This document shows positions 51,530-64,000 of a stretch of DNA of 64,000 nt, one piece after another. The stretch's first letter is position 1; each line of letters starts with the position of its first letter. The DNA lies in NCBI GenBank assembly GCA_013239625.1, contig MU053652.1, positions 5,819,902-5,883,901 of the forward strand, given 5' to 3'. Below the pieces are notes generated by a model. That model made no database searches. It was not told the DNA's origin and saw only the letters and a list, made by a program, of their open reading frames with translations. Position numbers and translations under genes: made by a program. This stretch comes from Lama guanicoe. Lineage: Eukaryota.

Positions 51530-52700
51530 TTTATTCATTTGTTTAGTAAATTTTAATTGAAAACCCACTACGTGCCAGAATCTGTGCCCAGCATTGGAGC
51601 TGCTGTGGTGAACCAGAGACAGAAGTAAGTAAACAAACCAACAAGATTTGAAATCACAGGGACAGGGGTTTGGTGGGAGGTGGAGGTGTGTTGAGAGAGA
51701 TGTGTATGTCACAATGAAAACCAACTGAGCTGCTGTGGGGAGAGGTTGCTTATGATGTTTATGACGTGGTGGTCGGGGAAGGCCTCTCCCTAACGGGGGC
51801 ACATTAGACTATCTTTCATGCAAAGAACAGGGAAGGGCACCCAAGGCAGAGGACCCAGCCTTGGGTAAGTGGGAAAGTATATACCATGTTCAAAGAATAG
51901 GGAGGAGCCGGTACAGCTGAAGCATCCTAAGTGAGACGGAAGACGGGTTGGAGGCAAGATGGAGGGGCAGGTAAGTTGGATCATGCAAACACTTCCAGTC
52001 TAGGATTAGGAATTTGGGTTTTGCTATAAGAGTAATAAGAATGAATGAAAGAATTCTGAGTAACCTGATTTAACTGTTGGAACTAAGACACTTATGACTG
52101 TGGAAAATGGATTGTAGTAGTCAGCAGTAGACATCCCCATAGTCAAATGACCAGGTAATTATGTAGGTTCAGTCGCCACCAAACACACAACAGATCCAGC
52201 CTCTTTGGCCTTGGAGTGTGAGGGGAAGGGATAATTATTAAGTTTTTGGCTTAAATAACTGGATGAATGGGAGTATCATTTTCTTTAATGGAAAAGACTA
52301 AGAAGGCTCCAATTTGAATGTGTAGAGGGTGGGAAATTCTGTTTTGAACATATGAGCCATACGTATTGAACATCCTTGTAGTGTTGGAGTTGCATATAAG
52401 AGTCTAAAGTGTAGTGGAAACAGAGCCTGGAGATGAAAACTGAAAATCAACAGCATACAATGACATTTAAGCCATGAGACTAATGAGGCAGAGAAGCAAA
52501 GATGAGCTTGGCTGTACCTCTCATTCAATGAGCTATGCTCTGAAGGAAAGCATAGAAATGATGGTGTAGGTAGAAATGGGTGTAAGTCAAACCTGGGAGG
52601 TTTGGTTTTTTTTTTTTTTTCCACTTGTTTGTTTTTTTTAAGATGAACTGCATTAGAACATTTTTTGTGAATGGAAATGATCAATTTTTAGGGAATAAAT
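51530..52700 (-). mobile_element. L2 LINE fragments
   Basis: attcatttgtttagtaaattttaattgaaaacccactacgtgccag...ggtggtcggggaaggcctctc...aattctgttttgaacat...atttaagccatgagact. Confidence 0.7.
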
Positions 52701-54520
52701 GATGGATGGTACTGAGAGATGTGTCAGGTGTCAGAGTTGAGGCATTTCCTTTATCAGTGGGTCTCACTTTGCACTATTTATTTATATTTATTTATTTAAT
52801 TAATTTCCTGAGTATTTTGCAAACCCAACATCTTGACTCCCTTTTCCTTGGTGACTAAGTGGGAAATGGGTGCTTATAAATGTAGCTGCCGCCTCTGTAG
52901 AATTCACAGGCAGTAGCACCATTTGGTTCAGAGGCTTTCCAAAGCTTCAGCAGACGGCTGTCGGCACGGATAGAAGCCAAGGTACTATCCCACGTAGCTG
53001 TGTTTATGGTCTCCACAGAATTTTTCCTATTACTTGTATTTCTCCTCTGCCCCTTCTTCTAGAAAGTTTCTGTTAGGGGAGTGATTAGGTAAATTTTTAT
53101 GATCTTACCGGTAGAGATCTCCCTGCCCACAGAAAGAAAGTTTACCTTGCTTTTTCCATGGAGGAAATGTACCGTGCAATTACAAAGAGCTTGCTTATCA
53201 TTAAGTGCATCCAGAATCTAGTCCGAGAGAACTTTCCCAAAGGAGGGAAAGAAAAGCGTGCTTATCTCCCCAATATCATGAGACAAGAGCTAATTGACCC
53301 AACCAAGAGAACTACACCCTACAGGGCAAAATGAAAGAATGTATGACTCTTGTAGTGGAGAGTATGTCGTGTCTGATGGGCATTCCCCATAACAAGAGTG
53401 ACACAGCAGTGTGGAACCTGGTAACTCCTTCCTGATCTAAGGGCTTTGAAATTTCATCATTGCCTGGTTTACGTGGTGACTGAGCATCGTTGTGTATTTC
53501 CTTCCATTTCCAAATCCTTGCATAAAGTCACCCCCAAATGAGTTAGTTAAAATGTTCCCAGGTTTAGCTACATTATGGGACTAGTCATTACGAATTTATT
53601 CATTGGTCTTACTGACCTCTCAACTTAGTGCTGTAAAGGAAGATATGACCACATAACAGAACTCATGCCTAAAACTACTCCAGAACAGATGAGGAGACTA
53701 ACAATAGATGTAAATGAAAGGCAAGTAGAAATAAGACAATTTTCTCTACAAGTTTAATCACTTGAGCTCCAAGTCCATATTTCGACTGCATCTACTCAGA
53801 TCCTTCAGAACGGATTGCTAAAAAAAGTGTGGCAATGTTATTTTTGTTATCTGATTTTTTAATTTATAGGCATTCCCTGCAGATAGCAGAGTGACAGCAA
53901 ATTTATAGAGTGCTAATAAAAAGGATGTACTGGCTAAAATATTTTAAGATATGATATTTCTTAAAGTAATTGCTCGAACTAGTAAGGTTCATAGCTACAA
54001 CATTCTGTATATTAGCCTGATCTTTTATTAATTATTTGAGTTCAGGTGAAAAACAACTGAGAGAGAATTTACTTTTGGAAGAAAAGTGGATTTTAGCAAT
54101 ACTTGGGAATAAATAAAAAAAAAGCTGGATAGAGTTCTTGCTTCTTAATCATTAAGTTTGTTTTTCTCCTTTAAAGAAAGACACTGCATTCTCTTGTTCT
54201 GAAATGTTTTAAATTTCTTGAGATCAGGGTCTGCATCTTTGATTCAGTTAGAAATATTTATTAAATACCTTTGACGTGCACTATGGAAGATACAAATCAC
54301 TACCGTTACTCTCAAGGAATATTCACTTACAATGAGCTCTAATGCAAGGTAGGTGATGATCCAAGAGTAGTCCAACTACATACAGAAGCCCAAAGGAGAG
54401 AAAAAAATTATTTTTGGCTTAACAACCAGGGAAGACTTCATATAAGACCCAGCCTTTGAGAATGAAGTGTAGCATTTGCATAAGTGTAGATGAGTGGAGA
54501 GCATTCCTGACAGATTAAAC

Positions 54521-54692
54521 CAGTGATACTCTTAGTGTGATCCCAGAACAGCACATGGGAATTCGTTAGAAATGTAAAATCTTGGGCTCTACCCCAAACC
54601 CACTGAATTAGAAATTCTGAGTGGTTTCAGTGATCTGTGATCTAGTAAGTCTTCCAGGTGCTTCTGATGCATGCTAAAATTGAGAACCACCA
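54521..54692. mobile_element. MER5A hAT-Charlie MITE with perfect 8-bp TSD, inside an antisense L2 (~54240-55270)
   Basis: cagtgatactc...gttagaaatgtaaaatcttggg...ttgagaaccac. TSD gattaaac at 54513-54520 and 54693-54700. Confidence 0.9.
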
Positions 54693-55279
54693 GATTAAAC
54701 TAGTCAAGTGAAAGTAAGAAGGTGGGAAGGATAAAGCCACTTCGGGAATGGAAGACATCTTTATTTTTCTAAGCTTTATGACATAAGAGGGGCCATCATG
54801 AAAGAAAAAGATAGGTTGGTATAAGCTAGATGAGGGATTTTCATGTTATACTTTGGAGTTCAGGCTTTAATCCAGTGGCAGAGAGGACCCATTGAAGGCC
54901 GATGAATAAGAAAGTGACATCAGACCTGAATTCAACAATTCTTTTGGCCTCAGAGTATAGGATGGAGAAGAGATGACCAATGGAGAGGTCACTGAGGAAG
55001 GACAATTTAGGAGGTCATTGAAATCGTCCAGGTAGAAATTAATTAGTGAGAACTGTGATGACAATGACAGAAATAGAGGAACTCCAGGGAGAACCTGTTC
55101 TGACCCTTTTCTCAATGGAGAGCAAGGAAGAGAGGGAAGTAAAATAGAAATTAAGTAAAGACAATAAAGGGAAAAGAGATGAGTAGATATCATTAATTTG
55201 GCTTTGGGAATTTTAAGTTATCCTTGCCGATACTGAGGTAGAGATGTCCAGAGGGTGGTTGAAAAAGTCTAGAACTTCC

Positions 55280-55435
55280 TGTTGAATGAGACCACATATG
55301 GTTATTGAGCACTTAAAATGTGGCTGGCTCGAATTGAGATGTGCTACACATTGAATCTTGAAGACTTAGTGCAAAACATGTCAACTATCACAATAAGTTT
55401 TACATTATTCTTTGAAATGATAATATTTTGACATC
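55280..55435 (-). mobile_element. MER33 hAT-Charlie fragment
   Basis: ccacatatggttattgagcacttaaaatgtggctggctcgaattgagatgtgct...gaagacttagt...tgaaatgataatattttg. Confidence 0.75.
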
Positions 55436-55439
55436 AAAA

Positions 55440-57430
55440 TATCTTGAAAGAGTTGACTGTACCTGCTGCTTCTAATTTCTCTTCCTTATTCTCTCCAGAA
55501 TCTACATCAATTATAATTTCTACCTTTCAGCTGCCCTTATCAAAGTCACTAATAACTTCCAAGTTGCCAAATCCAATGGTCAGTTCTCAATCCTCATCTT
55601 ACTTGACTGTTCAAAATTACTCAATGCAGTTAATCATTTTTATCTCCCCTTGGCTTCCTGGACCACTTACATTCCTGGTTTACCTTCTGTGCCCCTAGCT
55701 GTTCTCCTCAGTGTCCTTGACTGGTCCCTTTTGATTCCCCACATTTATATATTGGAATACTCCAGGGCCCAATCCTTAGGGTTCTTTTGTTTTGCGTATG
55801 TATATTTACTCATGTCAATGATCTCCAGCCAAATACTGCCTGGAACACACTTACAGTTGAACAAGTTGGATTTGTTTGTTACTTGCTAGAGTGAGGAGAG
55901 CCCACACCATGGAGAACTGTGAGTTTTAGTAAGACGATGTTAGAAAGGATTTATTATAGGGCTTGGGATTTTGATGGGTGACTTTGAGGAGGGCCCGAGG
56001 AAGTAGTAGTTCTCTATGGATTGGGTGCTGTCAGACAGTTCTGTGACTGAGTGTTGTAATAAACCTTATGTATAGGGAGGGCAGACGGAAGCAAGGCTAA
56101 AGCTGTAATTAGTAAAGAAGAAATTTGCTCATGTTAGACAGATAGGATATTTGTGTTTTTGGTGATTTGAACAATGTTGATGCTTTGTCCATGTTCTTAC
56201 ATGATTATGGAATGGCCTTATTTTTATATTGATCCATCACGGTCACCAAGAGTCTGAAGACAGTGTTCTGTGGTCAACAAGTGAACGTCAAAGCCTCAGT
56301 GATAGTATTAGGCTGGTTTCTGGAAGTCAGGGACTGCTTTTTTCTTTCTTCCTCACTGAGTGATCTCATCTAATCTCATGACTTTAAATTCTATCAAAAT
56401 TTTCAGTATTCTAAAATTTGTATGCATAGTTATTATAGCCATGAATTGACTCATGATAGCCAGAAAGCCTACGTTTAGAAGGCTTTGTAACTGAACATAT
56501 CTGAATCTGGGTCCTGAGAGCCCCCTCTGCATCTGCTTCTCATGATAGACTTCCCCATCTTGGTTTAGACAGCTTCATCCTTTGTAGTTGCTCAGACCTC
56601 AAATTTCTCCTTTCTCTGACTCCTACATACCTTATCTTTCTCTTATATCCCAAATCTGATATTTGGCAAATCCTGTTGGCTGCACTTGCAAAATTCACTG
56701 GAAAATCTGACTGCCTGTCACCTCTCCAGGGCTATCTCTCTGTCCAGGTCACCATCATCCCTGTCCTGGGTTTTTGGAATAGCTCCTAACTGTTCTCCAT
56801 GCTTCCGTCTTTTCTCCACTTTGGTCAGTTCTTAACTTGGCAGCCAGGATGATCCTTCTAGAAAGTAGGTCAGATCATGTCACTCATCTGTGGAAAACCC
56901 TCCCATAGCTTCACATCTCATTCAGGGTAAACATCAGTATCCTTTCTGTGACACGTGTGATCTGAACCTTCTCTCTGACCTCATTTCCTGCTACCCTCAC
57001 CCTTATTCACTCTGCTTCAGCCGCACTGACTTCCTTGCAGTCCTTTGAACACACTAGAAAATTATTGTTCAGGGCCCTTGCATTGTCTCCTCTGCCCGGA
57101 GTACCATCCCTCCCCTGCCATCTCTATGTATTACCTCTTCATCTCCCACGGGATTTTACTCCAAAGTCATATCAGAGTGTTCTTGCCTGTCTTTTCTGGC
57201 TAAAATTAGTCTCCCACACCCGCCATTTCTTCTCCACATTTCTTGCTTTACTTTTTCTCATTAGCACTGTTTCACTCTCTCACACACTTTATACTTTTAC
57301 TTACCTGTTGTTATTTATTGTTTCTTTCCCCACTGGAGTATAAGTTCCACAGGGGCGGCATTTTGTGGGGATTTTTGTTTGTTTTGGTCACTGCTGTATA
57401 AAGACCACTCAGTGAGAATTTGCTGTGTGA
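55440..57430 (+). mobile_element. L2 LINE (interrupted by an LTR)
   Basis: gttgccaaatccaatggtcagttctcaatcctcatcttacttgac...gtcagatcatgtcactc...cagggcccttgca...ccccactggagtataagttccacagggg. Confidence 0.85.
55813..56355 (-). mobile_element. Ancient ERV1-class solo LTR (MER90/MER110-like) nested in the L2
   Basis: Termini tgtcaatg...ttcctca with near-TSD ctca/ctga. Internal gttagaaaggatttattatagggcttggg and gctaaagctgtaattagtaaagaag resemble a recalled consensus; subfamily uncertain. Confidence 0.75.
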
Positions 57431-59908
57431 TGGTATATTGACTTTCCAGGGTTGGTCGACACTGGGGGCAACTGGGGAGTTGCGGGGGTGGTGGCAGCCT
57501 GGAAGAGCAGGCTGGGTCACTCCTCACCCCTCCATGGGCTGGAGGGGTTGATGTTAAATACTCACAGGTGTGGTATTGTGGGTGGAACCACATCCTCTTT
57601 CTGCTTTCATCCTCGTTTGTGGATGGAGTTAACTTTCCCGGGGATACACTCAGGCCAGTGGAGCCCTCTCCTTCCGAGTCCCTCTCCCTGACAGGTGGAG
57701 TGGCCTGCTCTGGCCACGCCATGTGCTTGTTTCTCAGCATCACAGATTCGAGGCAGCGAAGCCCAACGTGACCCACAACACCTTTCTTTGAGATAGACAT
57801 TGGTGTATGGAATTTTGTTTTTCCTTTCTTAGATATTATTAGACAAAAGTGTAGCTAGGGAAATGGCAGAGTGTAACGCTGGGGCAGGGAGGAGAATCCA
57901 AGATGGTAGCAGTTCTCCCATCAGTAGCTTAAAGGGCCTGAGATGAGTGGGGCAGGTGGCGTGGGGTAAGCACTACTCATATTTTCCCTCCTCAGTGAAT
58001 TATCCTAGTTCCTCATTAATGAAAAGAAAAAAAATGAGAAGAAAAAACTTACAGGAAATAGGTTTATTGAGCTGAAAGTGAAAGATTAGATTTTGCTTTT
58101 GTACTAAATGGTGACATTTAATAAACCTTTCTAGAGATCTAAAAGTGTGTTGACAATGTTTTCTTAAAAGAATTATTTTTCTTAAAAGAGATTGCAAAAT
58201 CTCATGACACATGACTTATCCGTTACACGGTCCAGCCTGCGTGACTAATCTTTGAACCAGGATATTTGTGTTATATAGTTATATACTTCTACACATTTCT
58301 GTATTATATTTATTTTTATATATTTATACACTTATATATTGAAATACTTACATTGATAACAAATTAGATAAAATTCCACCTTGTTGAGTGTTTTTAAGTT
58401 TTGGGTTGACCCTGGTAATGATTGATCAACATTTTTAATTGAGTGTTGTTCAAATGACCTAATGTTGCCCCAAACAGTTTAGAAGTAAACGGATAGAGTT
58501 TGCTAGTATCTGTCCTGTTTTCCCAAGTTAAGATATCAGAGAAAACAATTTTCTGATAGATGGAATGTTTTATAAATATAGACCTTAAACCTGGATTTTT
58601 GAAAAAGGTTGACTCTCCTGGAATAATACCAGGACCGCGTGCCTCCTCTGTTTCTTTCAGCTGCTTTAGGTTAAATTAACAGTGATGCTACTTGACGGGC
58701 CTTAGAGGGCAGAGGAGTCAGATCACTGGAGACAGTGCAGGCTGGATTTGACATCAGCTTTTCTCGTCATTGTCAGTTACCACATGTAATATATAATAAC
58801 AGATGATGATTTTTTTAAAAAACTCTTTGTTCCCTTTACCGCGGTAAATTTCTACCTGCCTGATTTGTACTTCAAGAGGCCCCAGGTCACAGTAAGAAAA
58901 GCTGAGCCTCTGGCGAGCCAGGCTTAGAGAAGCCTGCTTCTTAGAGACAGGAAGCCAGCTCCTGACTTCAGCTGTGTATTTTCAGGATTCTTTCTGGACT
59001 TCCAAAAATGTATAAGGTGACCCACCTCCTTCATGCATGGTCCATCCTGCATGAGACCTTTGACAAGATTTACATATAAATAAAGAAAGGAAGAAAACAA
59101 GGAAGCCTCTGCATTATCTTTCGTGTAAAGCTTTTTGTTAGTGAAGGAGTTTGAGTTTTCATAGATTTCCAAAGTTTCCTTGACAAGTTCTTGAACCAGA
59201 AATAATATGCCCCGTTGGCCATAGTTTGCTGTAATTCCTGGTTCTACATTAGTACCGCTATGACTCGGACAACTTAACTGATCTTCCTGAGCCCTAATTA
59301 TCCATAAGATATTCCAAGTTTTTATGAAGGAGACAGATAACATATTTTATACATAGAATGTATATATTTAAGTATTGTATAGTGCTGGGCATATAATAGG
59401 AGATACAATTAATACTCATTGTGTTCATTTTTTTCATAGGAGGAGGAGTAGAGGCAGTGATGACAGTCTACCCTCCCCACCACATCCATCCACCCACTCC
59501 CCACATTTTCTTCCATCTCCCTCCCTGTAGTGCCATTAAGGCCCCACCCTCAGCAAGAACTTCTTTCCAACAGATTCCTACCCTTACACAGCATTTTGAA
59601 GTCTGTCTGTTCTCCCTAAGAGCAAATACTTCACTAGTGATAAATGAGCAGGAATAAAGTAGTTGTAGCTGACAGTTATGATGTGATCTTCAAAGCTTAA
59701 TAAAGTTAATGCTTAGTTAGTTGAAGGCTGAGTATTCCTCCTAGCCGCTCTCCACGTCCCTGTCACTGAGTGACTGACGTCCATTCCTTGCCAGTGGCCC
59801 AGCGTGGAGGGGAAAAGTGGCAAGGTAAGGTAGAAATGGTAGGGGCTGTGTTCTCAGGCCAATTTCGGTGCAAAGTCTAGATCCCACTAACTAGTTGTAA
59901 TAGGCAAG

Positions 59909-60296
59909 TGTGATAGACTGAGTTGGGTCTCCCCTAGATCCACCTGTTGAAACCATAACTCCCAACATGGCTTATTTGGAGATGGAGCGTTAAGGAGATA
60001 GTTAAGGTTAAATGAGGTTGTAGGGGAAGGGCTCTAACCTGATAGTGTTGGTGGCTCTGTAAGAAGAGCAAGAGAGAGACAGCTCTTTCTCTCTCCCTGA
60101 GCACACCGAGGAAACGCCGTATAAGCACAGGGAGAAGGCGGCCCTGCAAGTCAGGGAAAGAGCTTCACCAGAGCCTGACTCTGCCGGCTCCCTGATCTCA
60201 GCCTTCCAGCCTCCAGAACTGTGAGGGATGGATTTCTGTTGTCCAAGCCACCCAACTTCTGGTATTTTGTTATGGCAGTCTGCGCAGACTAATACA
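59909..60296 (+). mobile_element. MaLR solo LTR (MLT1A-like) splitting a MIR
   Basis: tgtgatagactga...ttaaggttaaatgagg...ccagcctccagaactgtgag...ggtattttgttatggcag...ctaataca. The MIR reads ggcaag before and gtgacttagcc...ttcatc after. Confidence 0.9.
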
Positions 60297-60484
60297 GTGA
60301 CTTAGCCCTTTGCCTCTTCATCAGAATGGATACAGTAATACCTAAGTCACAAGATGACTGAGGACTAAAAGAGATCATGTACCTAGGGCTTGGAAATTTT
60401 TAAAAAAGGAAGAAAGGAGTTTGGGCAACAGTATCATTTTTTCCAGATTTTTATGATTGCAAAACAGATCTGGTTACGTATAGT

Positions 60485-60665
60485 TGAACCTGTGAATCAG
60501 AGTACCCCAGAATGCTTGTTAATATTATAGATTCCTGGACTCCACGTGAGACCTAAATAATTAGAATCTCTCTGTTGGGGCCCAGGAATCCAGAAGTCCA
60601 GGCGATCTGTATACTTAAATTTAGGGGCCCTACCTCAAAGGAATGGTATGCTAATCAGTGTCTCA
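60485..60665. mobile_element. MER5-family MITE
   Basis: gcttgttaatattatagattcctggactccac...agaatctctctgttggggcccaggaatc. Confidence 0.65.
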
Positions 60666-60800
60666 AAATGTTGTTCTACGAATGCTGGCTGCCAGGAGCT
60701 CTGATTAAAGGAATTTATGTCACTAGATGCCAATCGACAAGGAGGAGATTAATAGAAGTCTTGTTCTGAAAGCATCCATCAGAAGCTGCCTTGGCTATTG

Positions 60801-60925
60801 GATTTTATTATTTTTCTGTATATGTAGATATATTTCTTGAAGTATAGTCAGTTTACAATGTTGTGTCAATTTCTGGTGTACAGCATAATCCTTCAGTCAT
60901 TCGTGAACACACATACATTCGTTTT
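60801..60925 (-). mobile_element. Very short lineage-specific L1 3' tail with TSD
   Basis: ttgaagtatagtcagtttacaatgttgtgtcaatttctggtgtacagcataat is the reverse complement of the 15325 element. TSD ccttggctattg (60789-60800) / ccttggctgttg (60926-60937). Confidence 0.8.
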
Positions 60926-61999
60926 CCTTGGCTGTTGTTAATCTGCACGTGAATCCTTTAGCTTTACCACAAAGGACAGTTGGGTGAATACCGGTCATAA
61001 AATTAACTAAGATAATATAACAAGATTATTGGCTAATTTTACAAATTGCGACCCTATTTAAATATCACTTTTTGATCAATAATATATGAGAACATAGTGT
61101 GTTCCAGGAAACGAACTGAAGGAAGTTGCTGTTCATGATTCTTTATCTGTGCTGTCTCAAATAAATAACTAGCAGGTGAAGGTGACTTTTTTTGTAGGCA
61201 CGTGCAACAGACAAACTGAAAGGAAAACGTCAGTGCTCTTCCCACCCCAGCTCACAGAAGTATTGCCTTCTTTTTAAGAGATACTGAGTCTCATCTAAAT
61301 GATTACATCTTTAAAAAGGAAGCCAAATACCCAGCAAATGGTAATTACAATGCCTAATCCACCTCCTCACATCTTTGTGCAAGACAATATTTACTTTGGG
61401 TTATGTGTTTGCCAGAACAATCATAGCCCAGCTTCAGCTGGTGGGTGTTCAGTTGAATCTTTGCCATGCATGTTCGCAAGATGTTACAAAGATCCAGCTG
61501 AAACTCAGAAGCTTTGCTAATGGTTAAAAATGTCTCACTAGGAAGGTATTAGCATTTTCACTTGGATTTCGATTTGACTTCTATTTTTATTCCAATTAAT
61601 TTTATCTCCCTTTTCCCTTCCTTCCTTTACCAATGTGCCTGATCTCACAAGCCATATGCGATAGTGAGTTTTATTTTATAGCCCTGTTTAGTTTACATAA
61701 TCGATTTATTCCTTACCGAGTGCTTACTATGTACCAGACATTGTGCTAATCACTGAGGTCCAGATCTGCCAAAATTGACATTAAATGAAACAGGAAGGGG
61801 GCTGAAATTCCAAACAATACATGGAACTCATTTGTTTGAACCTGACAGGGCTATGTCAAGCACTGTGTTATAAACAGTCCTCTTCCTTTATAAATATGCT
61901 TGTAAGTCTCGGTATCATTTCTGTCATCCTTGAGCAACTGTTTGTAAATTAAATGTTTTTATTTTTCTCTTCCAAGTACCCCCCTACATTTTTTATAAT

Positions 62000-62917
62000 T
62001 GTATCAGTTTCCTATTGCTGCTGTAATAAATTACCACGCAGCCAGTGCCTGAAAACAACACAAATGCATTATCTTCCAGGTCTGGAGTTCACTCAGTAGT
62101 TCTGAAATGGGTCTCATTGGGCTAAAACTAAGGTATCATTAAGGCTGCATTCCTTTCTGGAGGCTGCAAGGGAGAATCTGTTTTCTTGCCTTTTCCAGCT
62201 TCTAGAGGCTGCCTGCATTCCTTGGCTCATGGCCCCCTTGCTTCTTCAAAGCTGGCAATGACCAATCAAGTCTTTCTCAGGATGCTCTCTGTGATGGACT
62301 GAATGTTTGTGTTGCCCCCAGGTTTGTATGTTGAAGTCCTAGCCTCCAGTGGGACTTTATTTGTAGAACTGGGCATCTAAGGAAATAATGAAGGTTAAAT
62401 GAAGTCATGAGGGTAGCACTTGATCTGGTAGGATTAGTGTCCTTATTAGAAAAGACAGAGAGATCTTGCTTCCTCTCTTTCTCTACATGCTTGCACGGAG
62501 GAAAGGCCATGTGAGCACACAGCAAGAGGGCATCTTTCTGCAACCCAAGAGATGAGCTCTTAACCAGAAACCAGCTCTGCTGGCACCTTGATCTTGAACT
62601 TCCAGCCTCCAGAACTGTGAGAAATAAATTTCTGTTGTTTAAGCCAGCCGGTCTGTGGTGTTCTGTAATGGTAACCCGAGCAGCCTGAGACATCTCTCTG
62701 GTTCTATCTTCTGTGTCCCTCTTCCCTACTTGAGGATGCTTGTGGTTACATTGGGTCCACCTAGATAATCCAGGGTAATCTCCTTCTTAAAATTCAGATG
62801 ATTAGCAATTTTAATTCTATCTGCAACCTAATTCCCCTGCATAACATAACATACTCACCAGTTCCAGGGAGAAGGATGTGGACATCTTTGGGGAGTGCCA
62901 TTATTCTGCCGACCACA
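62000..62917 (-). mobile_element. MaLR solo LTR (MLT1D-like) containing a nested LTR
   Basis: tgtatcagtttcctattgctgctgtaataaattaccac...ccagcttctagaggctgcc [insert] ...ttacattgggtccacctagataatccagg...tattctgccgaccaca. Confidence 0.88.
62290..62692 (+). mobile_element. MaLR solo LTR (MLT1A-like) nested in the MLT1D-like LTR
   Basis: tgtgatggactgaatgtttgtgt...ccagcctccagaactgtgagaaataaatttctgttgtttaagcca...gagaca, flanked by ctctc-containing target sequence on both sides. Confidence 0.9.
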
Positions 62918-63479
62918 ATATGTAGCTTCTCTCCCTCTCTGCTTTCAGAGGTTAAGTGTTATTTACTCAGTCTTTTTCCTTTTATAGCATTGCTTTGGGT
63001 GGGAGTGCCTCTTCTTTTTGGCAATTTGTGATTTAGAAACTGTTTGCTTCTGTGGGCAGATAAACAGGTTATAATGGCCCAGAGTGGTTTTCAGTGACCT
63101 ATTTACTCAGGAACATCTTTTTGAAAACCTTCATCCTCATTGTTCCTGGAATCCTTCCACAGAAGGCCGTCCTGGTTTCCCCCGGGTCTGCTGCTCTGCC
63201 TTTGTGCTCCCTGCTTGCCACTTAGAACATTTTGTTCTCTCCTAAGAGTATTTTCTCTATTCCATGTCAATATAGGCTGATAAACTACATTTAAAGTTTT
63301 TCTCCAAAGTATCATGATCACACTTTTTAGCAGTACATCACAAAAATGTTTAATGGTTAAACAATTTGTTGGTCGTGTCTAACCTTTTTTTCTGTCAGGG
63401 TAGGTGCATGAGCTTCCTCTGAAAAGGAAGTATCATATTTATTTCTCCCAGAACATTTTTTTCTTTTAAACTAAAGGCC

Positions 63480-63980
63480 ACCCTTCATTCAGCTTTCTTT
63501 GGTTTTTCCCTAGTATTTATTTTCTGTCCATGGATCCACATTGCATTTAGTCATCATGTCCCCATAGGCTCCTCTAGACGGTGACAGTTTCTCAGACCTT
63601 GACAATTTGGTGAATCCTGGTGAAGGTATTTTGTACAGGGTTCTTCAGTTTAGGTTTGCCTGGTGTTTTCTCATGATTAGACTGGAGTTGCGGGGTTTTG
63701 AGAAGGATGCTATGGAGGTTAAGTGCCATTCTCTTCACAGTGTATTAAGGGTGCAGGCTCTCAACATGACTTATCCCTGGATGTTAACTCTGATGAGCTG
63801 GCTGAAGTGGTGTTTGTCAGGTTTCTCTGCTGTAAAGTTACTGTTTTCCCTGCTTTCCATACTGTGCTCTTTGGAAGGAGTCACTGTGCGCAGCACATAC
63901 GTAAGGAGTAGGGAGCTGTGTTCCACCTCTGCGAGGGAAGAGTGTCGCAGAAATTATTTGGAATTCTTCTGTGCAGAGGA
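63480..63980 (-). mobile_element. Old L1 3' region (L1MC4-like)
   Basis: cacattgcatttagtcatcatgtc...gacagtttctcagacctt...ttctcatgattagactgg...caggtttctctgctgtaaagttact. Confidence 0.8.
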
Positions 63981-64000
63981 TTCCCCCACCCTACACATAG

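Noticed and set aside
57315..57800. 161-aa ORF, the longest in the track
   Set aside because: Low-complexity GC-rich sequence partly overlapping the L2 3' end, with no recognisable protein similarity or exon structure.
59909..62692. Two same-strand MLT1A-like LTRs as the ends of one provirus
   Set aside because: The second is nested inside another LTR, and the intervening DNA is MIR, MER5 and unique sequence rather than MaLR internal sequence, so they are independent solo LTRs.
221..63911. Most ORFs in the six-frame track as protein-coding genes
   Set aside because: They are short, often start at GTG/TTG, lack recognisable domains and frequently lie in repeats. Only those overlapping GRM8 exons (11533-11739, 12781-12990) or L1 remnants have an explanation.
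1..64000. CRISPR arrays, operons, rRNA genes or other prokaryotic systems
   Set aside because: The sequence is mammalian intronic DNA, with no repeat-spacer arrays or gene-dense coding structure.

Overview
Mammalian (eukaryotic) genomic DNA, very likely a camelid, judged from a Vic-1-type tRNA-derived SINE at ~36305-36453. The window lies inside GRM8 (metabotropic glutamate receptor 8, + strand). It holds three internal coding exons of the Venus-flytrap ligand-binding domain (10982-11117, 11568-11722, 12803-12940), which splice together in frame, followed by >51 kb of intron in which I found no further GRM8 exon. The rest is intronic DNA rich in old repeats (L1, L2, MIR, MaLR/ERV LTRs, hAT and Tigger MITEs), several of them nested. 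The most unexpected element is an antisense retrocopy of the lncRNA NORAD (~42610-43776, - strand). It starts at the NORAD 5' end and keeps two repeat-unit hairpins and one Pumilio response element. An L1 scrap replaces an internal segment, the 3' part is missing, and a same-strand solo LTR carrying a polyA signal follows immediately. Most ORFs in the supplied track are spurious. Repeat family names and the GRM8 and NORAD identities come from recalled sequences, not from a database search, and repeat boundaries are approximate unless TSDs or TIRs are cited.
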